A stretch of DNA of 64,000 bases. Source: Armatimonadota bacterium. GTDB lineage: Bacteria > Armatimonadota > UBA10988. The notes under the pieces were generated by a model. The model had not been told where the DNA came from, ran no database searches, and worked only from the letters and a program-made list of their open reading frames with translations. Positions within the stretch are counted from its first letter, which is position 1, and every line of letters begins with the position of its first letter. Shown one piece after another: positions 58,115 to 64,000 of this stretch. Where the stretch lies: the NCBI GenBank assembly GCA_016235455.1, contig JACRKZ010000067.1, positions 96,001-160,000 on the forward strand, given 5' to 3'. Made by a program: the position numbers and the translations under genes.

Positions 58115-59740
58115 ATGGTGATGAGCAAGCAACGACAAGCGGCGGTAGCCGCAATCGTGATGAGCCTGCTGCTCGCGGGATGCCGCCAGAGCGGCACGGC
58201 GCAGCGCACGGCACCGGCAACGGTGGCGCCGGCGGCGGATACGGCCAAGGCGATGGTGCCGCACGCGGCATCGAGCGGGGCGCTGGCCGCCATGGAAGGC
58301 ACGCTGCAGAACGTCTACGCGACGCTGAACAAATCCGTGGTCAACATCCAGGTCCTGCAGAAGGCCCGGCCCATGGACCAGAACGTCCCCGGCCTGGGCC
58401 AGTTCGGTCCGTTCAACGGGCCCATGGGGCCTGGCGGCCAACCGCGCGGCTTCGCGCGGCAGGGCAGCGGTTCGGGCTTCGTGTGGGACACCAAGGGTCA
58501 CATCATCACCAACAACCATGTGGTGGCCGAGGCGGACAAGATCCGCGTGACCTTCAACGACGGCACGATGGTCTCGGCCAAGGTGGTTGGCTCCGATCCG
58601 GACAGCGATTTGGCCGTGGTCAAGGTGGAGCTGGGCGCCGACCGGCTGGCACCGGTCACGCTGGCCGACAGCACGCAGGTCAAGGTGGGGCAGATGGCCA
58701 TCGCCATCGGCAACCCGTTCGGCCTGGAAGGCACGATGACCGTGGGCTTCGTCAGCGCGCTCGGCCGCCTGCTGCCGACGCAGAGCAACGGCGACCAGCC
58801 CAACTACAATATCCCTGACGTCCTGCAGACCGACGCGCCAATCAACCCCGGCAACTCGGGCGGTGTGCTGGCCGACAGCGGCGGCAACATCATCGGCGTG
58901 ACCTCGGCGATCATCTCGCCGGCGGGCGCCAGCGCGGGCATCGGCTTCGCCATTCCGTCGGCGGTGGTGGCCAAGGTCGTGCCGACGTTGATCACCAAGG
59001 GCCGCTATGAGCATCCCTATCTGGGCATCGTCGGTCTGACCCTCAACCCCGATCTGGCCAAGGCCATGGGCCTCAAGACCGACCAGCGCGGCGGCCTGGT
59101 CTCCGAAGTCGTGCCGGGTAGCCCGGCGGACAAGGCCGGCGTGCGCGGCAGCGACCGCAAGGCCGATCTTGATGGCGACCAGATCAGCGTCGGCGGGGAC
59201 GTCATCACGGCGCTGGACGACAAGGCCATCCGCTCGTTCGACGACGTGGTCACCGAACTGGCGCGCACGGGCGAAGTGGGTAAGACCATAACGCTGACCG
59301 TGCTGCGCGGCGGCAAGACCGAGAAGCTGCCCATCCAGCTGTCGGCGCGCCCCAACCACGGCAGCGACGACACGGCGGCCAAGCCGACAGCGGCGGAAGG
59401 CGGCAACGGCGTCAAGCTGGGCATCGTGGCCGGCACCCTGACCCCGGAAGTGGCCAAGGCCATGGGCCTGAAGGAGACGCAGAAGGGCGTGCTGGTGCAG
59501 GCGGTGGATAGCGGTTCGGCGGCCGACAAGGCCAGCCTGCGTGGCAGCTTCAAGCCGCTGCCCGGCGACCGCGACACCAAGGTCGGCGGCGACATCATCG
59601 TCGCGCTCGACGGCAAGGCGATCGACGACCTGCCCGGCCTGCAGACGCTGCTGACACAGGTCAAGCCGGGTGGCACGGCGACCTTGTCCGTGCTGCGCGA
59701 CGGCAAGAAGGTTGACGTCAAGGTCACCTTCGGACAATAG
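58115..59740 (+). CDS. htrA: HtrA/DegP-like serine protease lipoprotein with two PDZ domains
   Basis: Lipobox LLAGC; GSGSGF, TNNHVV, DLAV, QTDAPINPGNSGG; two PDZ domains. Confidence 0.92.
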   Translation: MVMSKQRQAAVAAIVMSLLLAGCRQSGTAQRTAPATVAPAADTAKAMVPHAASSGALAAMEGTLQNVYATLNKSVVNIQVLQKARPMDQNVPGLGQFGPFNGPMGPGGQPRGFARQGSGSGFVWDTKGHIITNNHVVAEADKIRVTFNDGTMVSAKVVGSDPDSDLAVVKVELGADRLAPVTLADSTQVKVGQMAIAIGNPFGLEGTMTVGFVSALGRLLPTQSNGDQPNYNIPDVLQTDAPINPGNSGGVLADSGGNIIGVTSAIISPAGASAGIGFAIPSAVVAKVVPTLITKGRYEHPYLGIVGLTLNPDLAKAMGLKTDQRGGLVSEVVPGSPADKAGVRGSDRKADLDGDQISVGGDVITALDDKAIRSFDDVVTELARTGEVGKTITLTVLRGGKTEKLPIQLSARPNHGSDDTAAKPTAAEGGNGVKLGIVAGTLTPEVAKAMGLKETQKGVLVQAVDSGSAADKASLRGSFKPLPGDRDTKVGGDIIVALDGKAIDDLPGLQTLLTQVKPGGTATLSVLRDGKKVDVKVTFGQ

Positions 59741-59758
59741 CGCGTGGAGGCTTGCGCC

Positions 59759-60328
59759 ATGGACCAGACCCCGCAGCCGAGTCGCGGCTCCCGCATGAGG
59801 GCCGGCTTCGAGTGGAGTCTGTGGCAGAGCCGATGGATGGCGTTGGTGGCGGTCGTGGCCAGCCTGGCCCTGGCCGTCACCATCTGCCTCATGGCCACGG
59901 TCGACGTGGTCCGTCTGGTGGGCACACTGCCTGACTACTTTGGCGCGGCGGCCAGTCAGCGCGACCTGCTGCGCCTTTCGCTGACCAGCGAGGCCATCAA
60001 GGCACTCGACAGCTACCTGTTGGCCGTCATTCTGCTGATCTTCGGTCTCGGCCTCTATGAGCTGTTCATCGACAAGATCGACGCGGCCGAGGGCAGTGCC
60101 GTCGCCAGTCGGCTGCTGCTCATCCGGAGCCTCGACGACCTGAAGCACCGCCTGGCCAACGTGGTGCTGCTCAAGCTGATGGTCACCTTCTTCCAGGCGG
60201 CGCTCAAGCTACGCTACGAGACGGCCACTGACCTGCTGGAACTGGCCGGCGGCATCGCGTTGATGGGCCTGGCGCTCTACCTCACTGGACGAAGCGGCCA
60301 CGGACCTTCGGCCGACGGACCCGCTTGA
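59759..60328 (+). CDS. YqhA/UPF0114 family membrane protein
   Basis: SRW..LVAV, D.YLLAVILLIFGLGLYELFI.KID, LDDLK.RL. Confidence 0.85.
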   Translation: MDQTPQPSRGSRMRAGFEWSLWQSRWMALVAVVASLALAVTICLMATVDVVRLVGTLPDYFGAAASQRDLLRLSLTSEAIKALDSYLLAVILLIFGLGLYELFIDKIDAAEGSAVASRLLLIRSLDDLKHRLANVVLLKLMVTFFQAALKLRYETATDLLELAGGIALMGLALYLTGRSGHGPSADGPA

Positions 60329-62390
60329 GCGTCTGTGGCAGATGCCGCCCGGCGAGCTCGATGAACTGCACCCGCTCGTGGTCGAGTGCACCGAGCTCAT
60401 AGCGCACGCACTCATAGCCTTCGGCCACGGGGGTCAGGTCGGCCAGGTAGTCGGCGCCGGGATCCTGCACCCGCAGGCGTTCGAGGTGCTCCCGTGGCGT
60501 CTCGTGGCGGCGACGCTGCCGACCCACGCGGGCCAGCGCCAACTGCGCGCGATGGTAGGTGAGTTCCACACGGCCGGCCGGTGACGGCTGGAACCGCGGC
60601 CAGGCCTTGCGCCACTCGTTGAGCACGTAGAGCAGCAGCCACAGGCCCATCAGGCCCATCACCACCACCGGCCAGCGCAGCCGTAACAGGCGGGCCAGGC
60701 GGGCCTGGAGCTCGGCGGTCTTGGCGTAGTCGCCCTGCCCCTGCACCGCCGGGTTGAACGGGATCCAGCCGAGCCCCTGGAAGTGCAGTTCGGCCCAAGC
60801 GTGCGCCTGCGCCACGGTGACCAGGTAGCGCCCGTCGGCCTGTGGCTTGCCCGTGGCATAGCCCGAGGCCACGCGCGCCGGAATGCCGTTGGCGCGCGCC
60901 AGCAGCACCATGGCCGAGGCGATCAGGTCGCAGGCGCCACGCTTCTCGTCGAGGAACCAGTTCATCACGCTGCCATCGGACTCCGGCGCCCGGACCACCG
61001 CATCGTAGGTGATGGTGCGCTCGAGGTAGTCCTGGATGGCGCGCGCCACGTCGTACGGCCCCTTGTGGCCGATCGCCAGGCGCCTGGCTAGCGGCTCGAT
61101 GGCCCCCGCCGAGGAGACGGGCAGATTGAGGCACTCGCCATCCGGGAAGTCCTTCTCGAACGGCGCCGACTTGAGGTCATCCTGCGTCGGGTCGGGGATG
61201 GACGAGAGCAGACGGATCTGCTGACCCACCACCAGCGGCACACGGAGGTCGCCGTCGGGCAACAGTGGCCCACCCCGCTGGCCCGTCAGGGCGGGGCTCA
61301 CCCAGGTGACCAGCGGCGCGGCGGCCAGTTCGGTGTTGGCCAAAGCCTGGATGTCCTGGGTCACCTCGCGGCGCCGACGCCAGGTGCGGCTTTCGACCAC
61401 GTTGGGCTCGATGAGCATGGCACCCGTGCTCAGCGACCGCCCCACACGGCGTTCATCGCCCTTGGTCCTGCTCCACTGCCGGCCGCTGAAATGGTTGTAG
61501 ACACGTCGCCGCCAGAGCAGCGGCTCACGGCAGGCCACCACCATCAATGGAGTCTCGGGTGGCAGGCCACCGCCGGTGCCCACGACCATGTCCTCGCCCA
61601 TGGCGGCGAACCCGCCCACGGTCTTGGTCGAGCCGGCCAGGCCCGGAGGCATGCGCACGCCGGGTACCATGAGCCGAGGCATCACCGTCTGCAGCGTGGC
61701 GCCCATGAGGATGCCGATCACCGCGGTCAGTGCCACGGTCAGGCCGGAGACGATGAACTGGTCACCCAGCCAGCGCGCCAACTGCTCGCCGTCGGGTCGG
61801 CGGCCGTGCCGCTGGGAGCCGGTGCGGCCGGCGGTGTAGTGCGTCAGGCCCATGTTGCTGAGCATGAGCACATTGCCCAACAGGAACGGCAGGAAGGCCA
61901 CGCCGACCTCGGGGTTGACGTTGTCGGTGCCCATCAGGCCCATCATGGCTACACCGAGGACCGAGGCGAAGGCCACCAGCCCATCGCTGAACATGGTCAG
62001 GCTGTGCAGCGTCATGGCCCAGACGAACACCGTGCCGATGGCCCACTCCTCCTGGCCGGATGTGCCACCGGGGAAGAGCACGGTCAACGGACCCCAGCCA
62101 ATCGCCGCGGGCACCAGGACCAGCATGAACAGCAGTCGGCCGATGTTCAGCAGTGGGACCGCGCCCTTCTCGACCAGCGGCCACCAGGACCGGTCGGTGC
62201 AGCCGCGCAGCGTGAAGCTGCCCAGATAGCCCAGCGTGGTGGCCAGGGCCAGAGCCGTGGTCTGACCGGTGGCGCCGATGGTCTGGCCGACCACATAGAT
62301 CCAGCTCATGCTCGCCACCCAGCCGCCCAGGTAGGTCGGCAGATCGGCGCGACGCCCGAGACTGGCGATGAGCACGGCTCGCAGGTTCAC
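60282..62390 (-). CDS. Membrane transglutaminase-like protein (TgpA/DUF3488-type)
   Basis: Multi-TM N-terminus; GACDLIASAM...GIPARVASGY...HAWAE...GWIPFNP; C-terminal ETPRE motif; GAGGAGG RBS, GTG start. Confidence 0.88.
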   Translation of the reverse strand: MNLRAVLIASLGRRADLPTYLGGWVASMSWIYVVGQTIGATGQTTALALATTLGYLGSFTLRGCTDRSWWPLVEKGAVPLLNIGRLLFMLVLVPAAIGWGPLTVLFPGGTSGQEEWAIGTVFVWAMTLHSLTMFSDGLVAFASVLGVAMMGLMGTDNVNPEVGVAFLPFLLGNVLMLSNMGLTHYTAGRTGSQRHGRRPDGEQLARWLGDQFIVSGLTVALTAVIGILMGATLQTVMPRLMVPGVRMPPGLAGSTKTVGGFAAMGEDMVVGTGGGLPPETPLMVVACREPLLWRRRVYNHFSGRQWSRTKGDERRVGRSLSTGAMLIEPNVVESRTWRRRREVTQDIQALANTELAAAPLVTWVSPALTGQRGGPLLPDGDLRVPLVVGQQIRLLSSIPDPTQDDLKSAPFEKDFPDGECLNLPVSSAGAIEPLARRLAIGHKGPYDVARAIQDYLERTITYDAVVRAPESDGSVMNWFLDEKRGACDLIASAMVLLARANGIPARVASGYATGKPQADGRYLVTVAQAHAWAELHFQGLGWIPFNPAVQGQGDYAKTAELQARLARLLRLRWPVVVMGLMGLWLLLYVLNEWRKAWPRFQPSPAGRVELTYHRAQLALARVGRQRRRHETPREHLERLRVQDPGADYLADLTPVAEGYECVRYELGALDHERVQFIELAGRHLPQTLKRVRRPKVRGRFVQ

Positions 62391-62406
62391 AGCGGCACCT
62401 ACCTCC

Positions 62407-63807
62407 TCAGACAGTGTGGCGCAACCCCGCCGCGACCGCGCCGCGCGCCACCATGAAGGCACTGGCGCCCGTGGCTTTGGCGGCGCCGATGAAGCCCATC
62501 GACGGCACCACATCGGCTGGCACGCCACGATAGCCGCGCGGGTCGAGGTAGGCCAGGCTGATGCTGCGCCGCCGCCGCGCCAACTCGGTCAGCGCGGCCA
62601 GAACCGCACCGCCCTCAGCCGGTGGCCGGCCCTGCTCAAAGGCGTCCATCAGCGGGTCGGCGACGACCGCTGGCTCCTCGGCGATCGGTCCAACGAACAA
62701 CTCGTAGAGGAACCGGCCGATCTTCTGCCCGCGCGTGGGACCCTCGGGCTCGCTCTCGACAGCGGCCTCGACGTGCCTGCGCTCCGGCCAGGGCGCGGAG
62801 GAGATGGCGAACATGCGCGTGCCCGCGGGCGCCAACTCGCCGGCAGCCAGCAGCGTCTCCGCAAACGGCCGGGTGGCATTGGGCTCCACCACCGCCAGTC
62901 GCTCGAAGAACTCCAGCAGCGCCTGCCGGTCGTCGGTCAGCGGCAGCAGGATGGGCGGGTCGGCATCCACGAACAGTCCCACGGCGCTGCCGTGCTCCAG
63001 TTCGTGGCGGATCAGCGAGGCGGCCAGCGTCACACCCGTCTCGAAGGTGGTGTCGCGGTCGGTGCCCAGGACTGCATCGGGGCTGGCGTCGAGCACGATG
63101 AACAGGTTGCTGGAGGTGGGCTCCTCGTACTCCACGACGATCGGCTTGCCCAGCCGCGCGGTGCTCGGCCAGTGGATGCGTCGCAGGTCGTCGCCGGGCC
63201 GGTACTCGCGGGTGTGGCGGAAGTCCGTGCCGTCATGCGTGCGATGGTCGGACACAGCAGCCACCAGCTTGGTTCCGGTCAGCGTGTCGGCGGACAACTG
63301 CACCGTCTCGGGGTAGACGATGACCTCGTCGGCCGGGCCCACGGCGCGGTGTGCGCCGAACAGGTCGAAGGTGTCCACCGCGGTCGCCTGCACCGCGGGC
63401 AGCCGGTAGCGGCCGCGCACGCGCGCGGTGATGGGATAGCGGTAGCAGAACGGCTCGCCCCACAGCATCGGCACCACGCAGTTGGGCGGCTGCTCGTGGT
63501 CGCCTTCCAGCCCCGGCGGCAGCTCCTCGTCGATGAGCAGCAAGGCCTTGGGCAGCTTGGCGTCGTTGACCACGCGGAGCTCGATCTCGCTGCGTTCGCC
63601 CGGCCACAGGCGAGCCGGCACGCGCCGCTCGGCGCGTACGGTGCGCAGGCCCATGGAGGCAAACGCATAGCTCACTACCGGCGCCGCCACCAGCACCGAG
63701 GCCATGAAGAACAGATTGGGCAGCCGGAAGAGCAGCGCCACCAGGAAGATGAACAGGGCGCCGAACATGACCGTGACGAACCGCGTGCTGCGTCGGCCCG
63801 CAAGCAT
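62407..63807 (-). CDS. DUF58 domain protein
   Basis: RGRY, REYRPGDDLRRIHWPSTAR...VEYE, VLDAS. Confidence 0.9.
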   Translation of the reverse strand: MLAGRRSTRFVTVMFGALFIFLVALLFRLPNLFFMASVLVAAPVVSYAFASMGLRTVRAERRVPARLWPGERSEIELRVVNDAKLPKALLLIDEELPPGLEGDHEQPPNCVVPMLWGEPFCYRYPITARVRGRYRLPAVQATAVDTFDLFGAHRAVGPADEVIVYPETVQLSADTLTGTKLVAAVSDHRTHDGTDFRHTREYRPGDDLRRIHWPSTARLGKPIVVEYEEPTSSNLFIVLDASPDAVLGTDRDTTFETGVTLAASLIRHELEHGSAVGLFVDADPPILLPLTDDRQALLEFFERLAVVEPNATRPFAETLLAAGELAPAGTRMFAISSAPWPERRHVEAAVESEPEGPTRGQKIGRFLYELFVGPIAEEPAVVADPLMDAFEQGRPPAEGGAVLAALTELARRRRSISLAYLDPRGYRGVPADVVPSMGFIGAAKATGASAFMVARGAVAAGLRHTV

Positions 63808-64000
63808 CAGGCCACCTGGACTTCCGTCTCGTCCATCAGCCGCTGCACCACCGCGCGTGGGTCGAGCCCCTGAGCCCTGGCCTCGGGCGAGACGATGAGG
63901 CGATGGGCCAGCACCTCGGCCGCGGTATCCTTGACCTCGTCCTCACGGGGCGCGGCCAGGCCGTGCATGAGTGCCCAGCACTGGGCCATGCGCAGACAGG
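63807..64000 (-). CDS. MoxR family AAA ATPase, C-terminal fragment (5' part outside the window)
   Basis: AQCWALMHG...DEVKD.A.EVLAHRL lid motif; its TGA overlaps the DUF58 ATG. Confidence 0.75.
   Translation of the reverse strand, partial: CLRMAQCWALMHGLAAPREDEVKDTAAEVLAHRLIVSPEARAQGLDPRAVVQRLMDETEVQVA

Overview
A GC-rich bacterial chromosomal window. Four prepilin-type N-methylation/H-X9-DG (DUF1559-like) genes starting [31 protein letters not shown] suggest Armatimonadota or a PVC-like lineage (inference). The window holds secreted glycoside hydrolases (GH29, GH36, GH2, GH127-like, GH88/105-like, BNR), the translation cluster thrS-infC-rpmI-rplT-trmH-pheS-pheT-pfkB, maf-mreB, hypF-hypC-hypD, icd, an archaeal-type thyA, two FAD-linked oxidases, htrA and a MoxR/DUF58/transglutaminase triad. 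No rRNA, tRNA, CRISPR array or transposase was seen. The main non-coding signals are: (1) a four-copy REP-like inverted-repeat family with covarying stems, where three arms carry a 22-nt TG...CA hairpin at exactly the same position; (2) two GCAGAT/ACAGAT hairpins bracketing pheT; (3) a Phe T-box riboswitch; (4) a TetR double-operator switch over a secretin-N-like plus prepilin-like gene pair; (5) a prepilin gene with a LacI-like operator and an anti-SD hairpin; (6) probable ATC starts and several leaderless genes. All calls were made by eye from sequence motifs, with no database searches.
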